From assembly GCA_049325595.1 (NCBI GenBank), contig JBMOLF010000011.1, forward strand, positions 12,319 through 76,318: a stretch of 64,000 bases of DNA, written 5' to 3'. This DNA comes from Candidatus Babelota bacterium. GTDB taxonomy: Bacteria; Babelota; Babeliae; Babelales; Vermiphilaceae. The position numbers and the translations under genes were made by a program. The notes beneath the pieces are model-generated. The model saw nothing but the letters and a program-made list of their open reading frames with translations. It was not told where the DNA came from and did no database searches. Of this stretch, positions 39,057 to 48,587 are shown piece after piece; within the stretch, counting starts at the first letter, position 1; the number at the start of each line of letters is the position of its first letter.

Positions 39057-39941
39057 ATGTTTAGTTTTTTCAAAAATCAATTTCAAAAAATTTATCAACA
39101 ATTTACCAGCAAAATAGCTGCCTTATTTACAAAACCTCTTGATGAGCAAACACTTAAAGAGCTTGAAATTCTTTTAATGGGTGCAGATACGGGCGTTAAA
39201 ACTACTCGTACCATTATTGAACAGTTAAAAATTCAACAAGCACAAGGCAACCTCACCAAGGGATCTGACCTTCATAATGCGCTCAAACATGAATTGTTAG
39301 CGATTTTACAATCACTACCTGCACCAGAAGAAAGTTCTATTTATTTGTTGGTCGGCATTAATGGCAGTGGCAAAACAACAACCGCTGCTAAACTTGCAAG
39401 TCAATTAAAAAATCAGGGTAAAAAGGTTTTATTGGTAGCAGCTGATACTTTCAGAGCTGCAGCAACTGAGCAACTTGCCACCTGGGCACAAAGAATTGGT
39501 GTTGATATTGTAACCGGAAAAGAAAACCAAGACCCTGCATCGGTAGTATTTGCGGGTGTTGATAAATATAAGCGTGAACAGTATGATGCACTTATTATTG
39601 ATACCGCCGGCCGCTTGCAAACTAAAGTAAATTTAATGCGTGAATTAGAAAAAATTAAGCGCGTCGTCACCACACAACTTCCTAATCAAATAATAACTAC
39701 TCTCCTTACCATCGATGCTATGCTTGGCCAAAATTCGTACGAACAAGCAAAGCTTTTTAACGAATCAACCCAACTTACTGGTATTGTGCTTACTAAAATG
39801 GATGGTACTGGCAAAGGTGGCATTGTATTTGGCATAGGTAAAGAACTTAATGTTCCAGTTATGTATGTTTCATTTGGTGAACAAGTTGATCAATTAAAGA
39901 AATTTAATGCTCCAGAGTATGTTGAGCAGCTATTAGGATAA
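39057..39941 (+). CDS. ftsY: SRP receptor FtsY (NG domain only)
   Basis: GINGSGKTTT, DTFRAAA, DTAGR, TKMDGTGKGG. Confidence 0.97.
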   Translation: MFSFFKNQFQKIYQQFTSKIAALFTKPLDEQTLKELEILLMGADTGVKTTRTIIEQLKIQQAQGNLTKGSDLHNALKHELLAILQSLPAPEESSIYLLVGINGSGKTTTAAKLASQLKNQGKKVLLVAADTFRAAATEQLATWAQRIGVDIVTGKENQDPASVVFAGVDKYKREQYDALIIDTAGRLQTKVNLMRELEKIKRVVTTQLPNQIITTLLTIDAMLGQNSYEQAKLFNESTQLTGIVLTKMDGTGKGGIVFGIGKELNVPVMYVSFGEQVDQLKKFNAPEYVEQLLG

Positions 39942-40011
39942 CGAAAGAAGCAAAACGCTATCTTTTAGGGCTATCGCTTTGTATACTTTTGTATAAAAAA
40001 GCGAACAAACT

Positions 40012-40893
40012 ATGATTATTGCCCATCTTATTAATACAATAAAAAAAGAACTCTCATCTGTTTATCATGATGAATTGTTATGCGAGTCATACGCCTGGTG
40101 GATGCTCGAGGCAATTACCAATAAAACAAAAACTGAGCTTCTTGTTTTGCACAATATTGTCTTAACAACTGAACAAGAAAACAAACTTTCATCGTGGATT
40201 GAACAACAACAAAAAACCCATATTCCCTTAGCATATTTAATAGGTTCGGTACCTTTTAACGGGCTTATTATTGATGTAAAGCCACCAGTGCTTATTCCCC
40301 GGCCAGAAACTGAAGAATGGGTTTTAGCGCTTATTGAAAAATTAACAAAACTATCAAACCAAAAACTTAATATCTTAGACTTATGCACCGGATCTGGGTG
40401 TATTGGTCTTGCAATAGCAAAAGCATTACCAAAATCGCAGGTTGTTGCTACTGATATTTCTGAGCAAGCATTGCATCTTGCAAAACATAATGCGCAGAAA
40501 AATCATATTCCCAATATTACTTTTGTAAAATCAGATCTATTTGAGCAACTCTCATCGACCTTCAAATTCGATTTAATTGTAGCCAATCCACCTTACGTAG
40601 CAGAAGACGAGTGGAAAGATCTTGATGCATCTGTTAAAAACTGGGAAGATCCTAAAGCCTTACTTGCTCCTGACCATGGATTTAGCATAATACGACAAAT
40701 TATTCAGCAAAGTCCTGACTACCTTAAACCAAACCCAGAACTCTATTTTTTAGGCATACATCAATTGTATATTGAAATTGGTTACCAACAAGGACCAAGT
40801 GTTAAACAATTGTTTGAAAAATTTTCTTGGCGAACAAGCGTGATTTACAAAGACCTAGAGAAAAATGATCGTGTAGTAAGTGGGAGCCTATAA
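40012..40893 (+). CDS. prmC: Release factor glutamine methyltransferase
   Basis: LIPRPETE, LDLCTGSGCI, ANPPY, EIGY.QG. Confidence 0.96.
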   Translation: MIIAHLINTIKKELSSVYHDELLCESYAWWMLEAITNKTKTELLVLHNIVLTTEQENKLSSWIEQQQKTHIPLAYLIGSVPFNGLIIDVKPPVLIPRPETEEWVLALIEKLTKLSNQKLNILDLCTGSGCIGLAIAKALPKSQVVATDISEQALHLAKHNAQKNHIPNITFVKSDLFEQLSSTFKFDLIVANPPYVAEDEWKDLDASVKNWEDPKALLAPDHGFSIIRQIIQQSPDYLKPNPELYFLGIHQLYIEIGYQQGPSVKQLFEKFSWRTSVIYKDLEKNDRVVSGSL

Positions 40894-40898
40894 AAAGC

Positions 40899-41585
40899 AT
40901 GTTTTTCAAAAAAAAGGAACACACAGTTGTAATGAATCTTTCAGCACAAACACTTACTATTGGCTTATTAGAACCATCTACAATACCGTGCAAACCAATT
41001 CAACTTATTGGCTACCAACATTTTATCCTTAATCAAATAATTACCGATCAGAAAATTAACCAGCTTGAAGAACTGCTATCGTATATAAAAAAATTTATTC
41101 GCGAGCATGCGCTCAAAAAATATAGCTTTTGTATTGCCCTTCATCATTCTGTAATATCAGAAAAATTTCTTTCTCAGCCTAGTGAATTTGTATCATCTGA
41201 TTTATTTTGCGAATCGGGGAAACAATATAATTGCACTTACCTAGGTTCTCAATCTGAAAGTTTTATTTTTTATCAATGCGCTCTTGCAATGCCTTTGCTT
41301 TTTCAACTGAATTTAATAGGAATCAAATTAAAAAAAGATATTCCACTCATTACTACAACAAATTATTGTCTTCTTTGGCTTATTAAGCATATTAAAGGGC
41401 AAGCTTTTAGACATGCACAATTAACTTCCTATATTCAGCAAAATAATTTAACTATAGCTCAACACACTGTTAATGAGCTGGTTAATCGCTTTGTCCATAA
41501 CCCTAAACTTATTGATATTAACAATCAAATGGCGTTTCTTTTACCTCTTATTGGACTTTATTGCATGAAAGAGGGAGTAGCATGA
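40899..41585 (+). CDS. Degenerate PilM/GspL-like cytoplasmic protein
   Basis: N-terminal pattern (beta strands, ITDQKINQLEEL..IKK, FCIAL..SVI.EK) resembles the PilM actin-like N-lobe; coupled to a PilN-like gene. Confidence 0.45.
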   Translation: MFFKKKEHTVVMNLSAQTLTIGLLEPSTIPCKPIQLIGYQHFILNQIITDQKINQLEELLSYIKKFIREHALKKYSFCIALHHSVISEKFLSQPSEFVSSDLFCESGKQYNCTYLGSQSESFIFYQCALAMPLLFQLNLIGIKLKKDIPLITTTNYCLLWLIKHIKGQAFRHAQLTSYIQQNNLTIAQHTVNELVNRFVHNPKLIDINNQMAFLLPLIGLYCMKEGVA

Positions 41586-42037
41586 AAGAAATTAATTTTG
41601 CCTACCCAGCCTACACGCACAGCAAAAAAATACCTGCTTTGATAGCATTGTTAGCAATTGCAGCAATCATTATTTGCGGAACTCTACACTTTATTGCCAC
41701 ACGAAAGCTAACAAGTATCAATAAGGAAATTACCAACCTTGAACTGAAGCTTGATGCCTTATGTAATACAAAAACACACAAAGCACATAAACAAAATTAT
41801 GCCTATGCAAAAAAAATAGAAGAATTGTACTCAAAGTGCCTTAGCCACAAAATTCATATTGAAGATATTGAAATTAAAAAAAACAAACTTGTTTGTTCAA
41901 TTACCGCACCAGACACAAAAAATTTAAGAAATGCTTCAAAGTTATTTATGCAATTGAGGGGAATAAATAATTGCCAATTACATACGCTTCGAAAAATGAA
42001 CAGTTTGTATGTAGCGCAATATACCATAACATGGTAA
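41582..42037 (+). CDS. PilN-like bitopic membrane protein
   Basis: INF N-motif (cf. PilN INLLP), TM helix, coiled coil, ferredoxin-like C-terminal pattern; ATGA overlap. Confidence 0.5.
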   Translation: MKEINFAYPAYTHSKKIPALIALLAIAAIIICGTLHFIATRKLTSINKEITNLELKLDALCNTKTHKAHKQNYAYAKKIEELYSKCLSHKIHIEDIEIKKNKLVCSITAPDTKNLRNASKLFMQLRGINNCQLHTLRKMNSLYVAQYTITW

Positions 42038-42053
42038 GGGGGATGCCATTGAT

Positions 42054-42716
42054 ATGTATAGTTATTTTTTTTTAATCTTAATAAGCAGTTTTTACATTTA
42101 TGCAAATGACAAACCAACATTTCAAGAATTAACAGTGTATCAACGGACGGGCTTGCATTATAATTTTTCAAAATCTGAATTTTTTTTATCATTACTGGGC
42201 ACGAATTATTTGTCAGAAAAACACCGACCCACAAGCAAAATTCATATAACGCTGTCACAAAAACAAATAAAAGTTCATCAAAATTATATTCTTGATCAGG
42301 TAAAACAATTATTGAAAAAGACAGAACATGATCAGAACATAGCCGATTGTATGGCACTCGATAAAAAGAAAAATAGCGCAATGCATTTAGCTCTAGCAAA
42401 CAATATTCCTCCTAGTCGCGCCCTAATCAAAATACTTATACCGGCAACTAATTGGCTTGAAACTAATAATGATGGTTTTTACGCGTTTGATTATTTTGAT
42501 CCGCACTATAAGCATAAAGAATTTGTTGATCTGATTTTATATGATATTACTCGCACGCTGTGCTTTAAAAGAAAGATTAATTTTAAGCGATTTTATCAAT
42601 GTCGGTCATCCCATGATATCTATAAAACAGTTAAAGAATTTTTTGATACTAAAGGCCAAACCAAATTAACTAATAAAAATCATAAGGCTCCACAAAGAAA
42701 AACATTTAATTATTAA
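42054..42716 (+). CDS. Secreted protein with ankyrin-like repeat
   Basis: DKKKNSAMHLA...LIKILI....NNDGFYAFDY. Confidence 0.6.
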   Translation: MYSYFFLILISSFYIYANDKPTFQELTVYQRTGLHYNFSKSEFFLSLLGTNYLSEKHRPTSKIHITLSQKQIKVHQNYILDQVKQLLKKTEHDQNIADCMALDKKKNSAMHLALANNIPPSRALIKILIPATNWLETNNDGFYAFDYFDPHYKHKEFVDLILYDITRTLCFKRKINFKRFYQCRSSHDIYKTVKEFFDTKGQTKLTNKNHKAPQRKTFNY

Positions 42717-42826
42717 GATTATTACGTTATTACCCCCTTTATACCCTCTATACATTTTTTAAAAAAATAATATAATATTTGTAACTAATTTATGTATTTT
42801 TGTTTTTAAAATATTTCAGGTGAAAA

Positions 42827-43285
42827 ATGAATAAATTGTTATTATTTTTAACTTTTTTTGCAAATATGGCCTTTGCAATGGAGATTAATCTAAGCTCCAA
42901 TGGGAAAAAAGTAAAATTAGATGGCGAAACAAAAAAAGTTATAAAGCTCGTTAACAAATTAAGCAAAGCTACCATTTTAGATGTAGAAGTAAAAGATGAG
43001 AATGGCAAAGTGAAGGACTCAATCATGAAAAAAATTGATCCAAAAAGCAAAGATGCTATTTTTATCGCTCCAAATACTACCGCGCATATTCGCGGACAAA
43101 CAGAGCATGGTCCAATTTCAATGGATTTTACTTCTGGCGAATTTAAGATTTGTAAAGAAGATATTAAAGCTTTAGCTAACAAGGATAATAAGGAAAAAGA
43201 AAAGAAGGCCAAAAAAAGATCTTCTACCCTTCCTAATTCACATAAGAAATCCGTAGCTTTTGCTGATTTAGCTAAAAAAAAATAA
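42827..43285 (+). CDS. Hypothetical secreted Lys-rich protein
   Basis: Signal peptide AFA-ME; basic tail. Confidence 0.7.
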   Translation: MNKLLLFLTFFANMAFAMEINLSSNGKKVKLDGETKKVIKLVNKLSKATILDVEVKDENGKVKDSIMKKIDPKSKDAIFIAPNTTAHIRGQTEHGPISMDFTSGEFKICKEDIKALANKDNKEKEKKAKKRSSTLPNSHKKSVAFADLAKKK

Positions 43286-43338
43286 GCTCATTTAAATAAC
43301 TTTTATGCTATACTCATGCTACTTTTCAAGGAATTAGC

Positions 43339-44163
43339 ATGAGTATTTCTATTTTAAATATCAAGAAATTTCAACAAGAAATTTGGGCATTTTATCAGAA
43401 AAATGGACGACTTTTTGATTGGCGTCATACTGAAGATCCCTATAAAGTTGTGGTATCTGAAATTATGCTGCAACAAACACAAACTCATCGCGTTGCACAA
43501 AAATTCCCGGCATTTATTAATGCTTTTCCATCCTTTGAATCGTTGGCCAATGCCTCATTGCACGAAGTGCTTTTTTATTGGCAAGGTCTAGGCTACAATC
43601 GACGAGGCATGTATCTTCATCAAATAGCCAAAAAAGTTCTTTACGAATTTAATGGCATTTTGCCTAATGACCCGGATATATTAGTTACCTTCCCTGGTCT
43701 TGGCAAGGCTACGGCAGCATCCATATGCGCATTTGCTTTTAATACTCCCACTGTCTTTATAGAAACTAATATACGCGCTGTATTTATTTATTTTTTCTTT
43801 GCCGATACAAAAGATAAAGTTCATGACAAAGATATCGAACCCTTAGTATCTCAAACAGTTGATAAAGATCATGCACGCGATTGGTATTATGCATTAATGG
43901 ATTATGGTGTGCATTTAAAAAAAACCACCATTAACCCAAGCAGAAAAAGCAAACACCATTACACACAATCTAAATTTGAGGGCTCTAACCGTCAAATAAG
44001 GGGTTTGATATTAAAAAAACTTCTTGAATCTCCTTCCCCTATAAAGCAGCAAATACTCATTAAAGCGCTTGATAAAGAAGAAGAACGGGTCCAAAAAATC
44101 CTTGAAGAATTGTGCTTAGAAAAACTAATTATTAAACAGAACGATAGTTATTCTATAGCCTAG
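43339..44163 (+). CDS. mutY: A/G-specific adenine glycosylase (short, Fe-S-cluster-less MutY)
   Basis: VSEIMLQQT, WQGLGYNRR, HhH PGLGKATA, ETNIR, ALMDYG. Confidence 0.88.
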   Translation: MSISILNIKKFQQEIWAFYQKNGRLFDWRHTEDPYKVVVSEIMLQQTQTHRVAQKFPAFINAFPSFESLANASLHEVLFYWQGLGYNRRGMYLHQIAKKVLYEFNGILPNDPDILVTFPGLGKATAASICAFAFNTPTVFIETNIRAVFIYFFFADTKDKVHDKDIEPLVSQTVDKDHARDWYYALMDYGVHLKKTTINPSRKSKHHYTQSKFEGSNRQIRGLILKKLLESPSPIKQQILIKALDKEEERVQKILEELCLEKLIIKQNDSYSIA

Positions 44164-44166
44164 AAT

Positions 44167-44364
44167 TCATTTGCACACATGTTCTTTAAATATAGCTACG
44201 TGTTTTTCTAAATCTTTTTTTAGATCTTGCAGCATTTTTAAACAATGCTGTTCATTTTCATCATCAGCATCTTCAAGAGCATGGTTTTCAATAAACCAAT
44301 CAAGCGCGGTAAGTTTATAGAGGATTTTTAAGCAATTATATTCGCAATCAGTTAACTTTGGCAT
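44167..44364 (-). CDS. Small helical protein (ferritin-like half, tentative)
   Basis: AAGGAGG RBS; two amphipathic helices with E..H ligands. Confidence 0.6.
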   Translation of the reverse strand: MPKLTDCEYNCLKILYKLTALDWFIENHALEDADDENEQHCLKMLQDLKKDLEKHVAIFKEHVCK

Positions 44365-44505
44365 ACTGCCTCCTTTTTTTAACTTTGTTAAAGAATTTTA
44401 ATAAAAGGGTTTTGTTGAAAGCAATATTTATCTTGTTGAATTCAAATATTTCAATTTGAATTTACAAACTGCTAGACTGTTTTCAAATAATAATTAGGAA
44501 AGAGT

Positions 44506-45162
44506 ATGGCAAAAATAATTATAATAATACTAAGCACAGCCGTAATGGTGAGTAATACTACTCAAGCATATACCTATAGATGCTATCCTTATAGCGATTG
44601 CGTTTCTATGCCACGCTCTATTTGTGTCCAAGCCTATCAAGATTGTACAGGGGTACCCATTGCTCGTCAGGGTACAACCCTGTACATTACTCAAATTCAA
44701 AACCTTTCCAATCATAATTTGGTTATGAAATTGGAAGAATACCCACTTGCCGACCTTCCCATTGGAGCAGTAACTTATAACAACATTCGCATTCCATTTT
44801 TAGTAAAAACGCCATATGATTTTCATACCCGATTAACTTTTTGGGATCCAGACACTAACCATGTGGTAGCATATTTAGTTTTTAATAAAAAATTACAACG
44901 ATCTCCATTTGGCTATATCGGTGCTACTATAGCCTTAAATAACCATCTTAATCAAACACTTTATGAATGGACCCCTGACGATCGTGCAGCCAACGAGCGT
45001 GCCCGACACGATATTTATGAGGTCAAAATAATACTCAAAGGTCGTTTAGGATTACGCGGCTCAACACTTGAAGTTCGCTCCTTTAATGCCGGAGGATCAC
45101 CGGCTCCTGTGGCGCCATCAAATCGCCGAATCTTACTCAGCCAGCCCAATATTATGCGCTAA
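44506..45162 (+). CDS. Hypothetical secreted protein with Cys-rich N-terminus
   Basis: Signal peptide TQA-Y; four Cys in the first 30 mature residues. Confidence 0.7.
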   Translation: MAKIIIIILSTAVMVSNTTQAYTYRCYPYSDCVSMPRSICVQAYQDCTGVPIARQGTTLYITQIQNLSNHNLVMKLEEYPLADLPIGAVTYNNIRIPFLVKTPYDFHTRLTFWDPDTNHVVAYLVFNKKLQRSPFGYIGATIALNNHLNQTLYEWTPDDRAANERARHDIYEVKIILKGRLGLRGSTLEVRSFNAGGSPAPVAPSNRRILLSQPNIMR

Positions 45163-45250
45163 TTATTCTCTTTTATTTGTTTATTATTCAATTAGCTCCC
45201 CCCTATTAAACAAGCATTGAGAAAATTAGTTTCTATGTGAAATATATCAA

Positions 45251-45278
45251 TTGACATTTTTTTGCATTCCATCATAAT
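45251..45278 (+). promoter_or_regulatory. Sigma70-type promoter
   Basis: TTGACA-N16-CATAAT. Confidence 0.65.
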
Positions 45279-45349
45279 GAGAATAAACACATTGCTAAGC
45301 ACAGCTTAATCAATGGTATATAGATCAATAACGTGGAGGTTATAATTCT

Positions 45350-45868
45350 ATGAATTTTTCTCGTTTAACCCTGATTGCTGGGGTTTTTATATTGTTTGCT
45401 GGAAATATGCACGCAATGTATAAAAATACACAAAGCTTTGATAAAAAGTCGTTTTTATTGGGCAATCAAATAGTAAATTCATGTATTCCTAAATATTCGA
45501 CTGAATTTCCTGACGAACTCAAAACCAAAAAAATAAATCCACTTATTAAACCATCTTGGATAAAAAAACAAACTAAAGCTTTTAAAAGCCAAGCTATTAT
45601 CACCGCAGGATTTACTGCAGGTATTTACGTTGGCTATACCTATTTAAAAGGGTACATGCCCGCAACAGCAAAGCATGTTACTAGTACTGTAAATGCTGGT
45701 GTAGAAAATCTTAAAAACTTTATTACCAAAGAAGTAAGCGAGCGCCTAGATACACTATCTAAAAAATTTGAAGATTTTAGAAAAGAGAATAAAGAAGCTC
45801 ATAACAAAACTCATCAAGACCTTAATCAAATAAAAAAAGATCTTAATGAATTAAAACGAAAAATATAA
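45350..45868 (+). CDS. Secreted protein with TM helix and C-terminal coiled coil
   Basis: GGAGG RBS; MHA-MY; hydrophobic segment; heptads. Confidence 0.7.
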   Translation: MNFSRLTLIAGVFILFAGNMHAMYKNTQSFDKKSFLLGNQIVNSCIPKYSTEFPDELKTKKINPLIKPSWIKKQTKAFKSQAIITAGFTAGIYVGYTYLKGYMPATAKHVTSTVNAGVENLKNFITKEVSERLDTLSKKFEDFRKENKEAHNKTHQDLNQIKKDLNELKRKI

Positions 45869-45890
45869 GAGAATATTGGAGGTTATTATT

Positions 45891-46961
45891 ATGAAATTTT
45901 TAACAAAAATAGCTCCAGTTGCATTACTGAGCATATTGCTCTTCCCAACAGCATCACATAGTATGATGGGGCGCGCATTAGGTGGCTTAGCTGGCGGCGG
46001 CTTAGTAGTTGCCGGAGCCTACGGTGTAGAACGATATGGTGATCGCTTAGGATCTGTATTTGCTCGTGGCACGCAAACTGCTCAAGAGCAAATCGTCAAT
46101 CAAACATCTCGAAACATTGAAGAACTTACTAACAAAGTGGCTGATGCTACTGGTAAAAGCAGCAATTTAGCAGAGACATTATTACGCCAAGCAGATAGAA
46201 CACTAGCGGTCGCTGAACGTATTGTTGATTCTAAATTGTTCCCTTACGTAGTAGTAGGAGGAGCTGGATATTTTGTTTATCGCAAAATTCAGAAAATATT
46301 ATCTGGAAATAATGCTATTAAACAAGATACGGAAGTTATCGATAAAAAGGCTGATGCTATAAAACAAGACACTCAAGCTATCGATGAAAAAACTAATGTT
46401 ATTTTACAAAAATTAAATGAACTTAAAGCTTGGATCTTTGGCGACGGCACTAAAACAAGAGCACAAATAGCAAAATCAGAAGAAAAAATTGTTGGCGTGA
46501 TAACCAAACTCGAAGAAGAAATTTTATCAGGCATGGGAATTCTTGTTCAAGAAATAACTAAACTTGATATAGAAACACAAAAACAATTAAAACTTATTTT
46601 GCATAATCTTGATAGACTTAACCTCTCTCAAGAAGAATTTAAAGCCATGCTTTTAAGTAAAGATGAAGATTTGCGTAAAATTATCACCAATCTTGAAATA
46701 GCAAACAAGGAAATGTTTAAACAAATTCGTTCTGAAACAGCAGAACTCAATAAAAAAATGGACGCATTAAGCAAACAAAATAGCGCAATGGCTGGAGATA
46801 TTTCAGAAATCAAACAAAACTTATCAGAGTTTATGGTGTATATGTGCATGAAAACACCTACAATAGCGCAGAACACACAGCCAACTTTTGCTGATAATTT
46901 AAAATTGTATTGGCAATCTAAATCAAACCCCGTGAATTTAGCTGGTACTGATATTAAATAA
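45891..46961 (+). CDS. Secreted protein with Gly-rich hydrophobic segments and long coiled coil
   Basis: GGAGG RBS; GGLAGGGLVVAG; YVVVGGAGYFVY; 14-aa tandem repeat. Confidence 0.72.
   Translation: MKFLTKIAPVALLSILLFPTASHSMMGRALGGLAGGGLVVAGAYGVERYGDRLGSVFARGTQTAQEQIVNQTSRNIEELTNKVADATGKSSNLAETLLRQADRTLAVAERIVDSKLFPYVVVGGAGYFVYRKIQKILSGNNAIKQDTEVIDKKADAIKQDTQAIDEKTNVILQKLNELKAWIFGDGTKTRAQIAKSEEKIVGVITKLEEEILSGMGILVQEITKLDIETQKQLKLILHNLDRLNLSQEEFKAMLLSKDEDLRKIITNLEIANKEMFKQIRSETAELNKKMDALSKQNSAMAGDISEIKQNLSEFMVYMCMKTPTIAQNTQPTFADNLKLYWQSKSNPVNLAGTDIK
46312..46395 (+). repeat. Two 42-bp in-frame tandem repeats (AIKQDT..ID.K)
   Basis: ATGCTAT.AAACAAGA.AC..AAG.TATCGAT.AAAA at 46312 and 46354. Confidence 0.8.
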
Positions 46962-46971
46962 TCTTTTTCTC

Positions 46972-46998
46972 GAGGCCCTCTAATTGAGGGCCTTTTTT
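46972..46998 (+). terminator. Rho-independent terminator
   Basis: AGGCCCTC/GAGGGCCT plus T-tract. Confidence 0.85.
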
Positions 46999-47053
46999 AT
47001 TTCTCAATTTTTTTGTTATCATGAAAACGTATTGTTAAGTTAAACTAATAAGA

Positions 47054-47848
47054 ATGCTCATGAAAAAATTAATCTTTTCGTTATTAACCTCTTTATCTCT
47101 TTGCGCTATGGAACGAAATAATAGCTATTATGTACCTGCCGTTGCGCAAAAAGAACTCACTCACATCACAGAAGAACAATTGTCTGCCATACTTCCTGAT
47201 GATCAACTTTCATCACAAGGAGTTATAACTTCGCTCGTGGTACGCCCACAAGAACATTATCGTACATTGGTAAATGAGCTAGTGATTACTCCTGAAGGGA
47301 TTGAGGGAGACAAACATGTTAACTCAAAGCCTCATTATGCTCTTGATGTAGTAACTCTTATGCGTTCAGATGTTTCTGACGCTTTGGGTGGAGCTCATGT
47401 TCCTGGTGATAATATCCACGTAAAAGGTATGAAATTAAGTAAAAAGAACATAAAAGCAGGTGACTTAGTTATCGTCAAAAATCAATCTACAATAAAGGCT
47501 GTATTACTTAAAACTCACATTCCGCATTATGCATGTTGGAAACTTACAGCAAGATGCGGTAAAACAGCATTTGATTTTCTTAATGCTGAGGGAAATTTTC
47601 TAAATGGTTATGGATCTATCCACGGTCTTCGTGATAGGCTACGCGGTATACGTTTATCTGTTTTAAAATCTGATGAGCCAGTGCGCATTGGTGACTTGGT
47701 AGCAATAGCAACCAAAGAACAAAAAGATTTAATACTCGCAGATAGCCAAATACATGGTGAATATCAAAAATTACTTTCAATGAGTATTGAAGTTGGCAAC
47801 ACCCTGAAAAAACAAGAAAAAGCAAAGCGCGCTTTGCGTAATAAATAA
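47054..47848 (+). CDS. MOSC-domain protein with signal peptide
   Basis: ITPEGIEGD, PGDNI, PHYACWKL..RCG, RLRGI...V..GD. Confidence 0.75.
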   Translation: MLMKKLIFSLLTSLSLCAMERNNSYYVPAVAQKELTHITEEQLSAILPDDQLSSQGVITSLVVRPQEHYRTLVNELVITPEGIEGDKHVNSKPHYALDVVTLMRSDVSDALGGAHVPGDNIHVKGMKLSKKNIKAGDLVIVKNQSTIKAVLLKTHIPHYACWKLTARCGKTAFDFLNAEGNFLNGYGSIHGLRDRLRGIRLSVLKSDEPVRIGDLVAIATKEQKDLILADSQIHGEYQKLLSMSIEVGNTLKKQEKAKRALRNK

Positions 47849-47913
47849 CAACGCTTTCAGAATAGAACTACCACAATAAAACGATCTAACACTCAAATCT
47901 TTTACCTGATACT

Positions 47914-48162
47914 ATGAAAACATATTTCTTCTTTTTTTTCTTATTTTCATCAAGCATTGCGTTTGCAATGGATACACCAATAGAATTTTTAGCTGATATT
48001 TCACGCTTTAATCAAGAAACCACTGACATTGAAGATGTTGATGCTGAGTTGGTTTCCAAATTAATACGAGATATCAAGAAAAAATGGGGCTACGAGAGCT
48101 TGGTTAAATCACCTGAGATGCAGCCAAAAAATTATTTAAAAGACATTAGTTTAGAAAAATGA
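47914..48162 (+). CDS. Small secreted hypothetical protein
   Basis: Signal peptide AFA-MD. Confidence 0.6.
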   Translation: MKTYFFFFFLFSSSIAFAMDTPIEFLADISRFNQETTDIEDVDAELVSKLIRDIKKKWGYESLVKSPEMQPKNYLKDISLEK

Positions 48163-48587
48163 CTATGAATATTTTTTTTACTTTACTGGCATTTTTACTT
48201 TTTCCATTTCCTTACGTAATAAGTATGGAAAAAAACAACACCTTACAAGATGAATTAATACCTGATGTATACTTAAAGGGCTACATTGCCACCCTTAAGC
48301 ACCTGGTAACAAAAGAAGAAAACAAGCAACAATTTGCAGAATTAGAAAAACAAATCGAAGAGAAAAAATTAGCTATAAAGTCTCTCAAAAAAGGTTTTGA
48401 TGAGTCTAAGGCAAGCGTTTTTGATAAGCTAACTTACTTAACAACCATAAACACCATTGGCCGCGAACTTGAATTATTGCAACGGCAATATATTAGCTGG
48501 CGAACTGAAATTTCGCTCTTTAAACAAATTATGCTAACTACGCTAAAAAAACAAAACCAGCAAATCAGGCACAAAAAGCACCAGTAA
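48159..48587 (+). CDS. Secreted coiled-coil protein
   Basis: VIS-ME; heptads; ATGA overlap. Confidence 0.65.
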   Translation: MTMNIFFTLLAFLLFPFPYVISMEKNNTLQDELIPDVYLKGYIATLKHLVTKEENKQQFAELEKQIEEKKLAIKSLKKGFDESKASVFDKLTYLTTINTIGRELELLQRQYISWRTEISLFKQIMLTTLKKQNQQIRHKKHQ

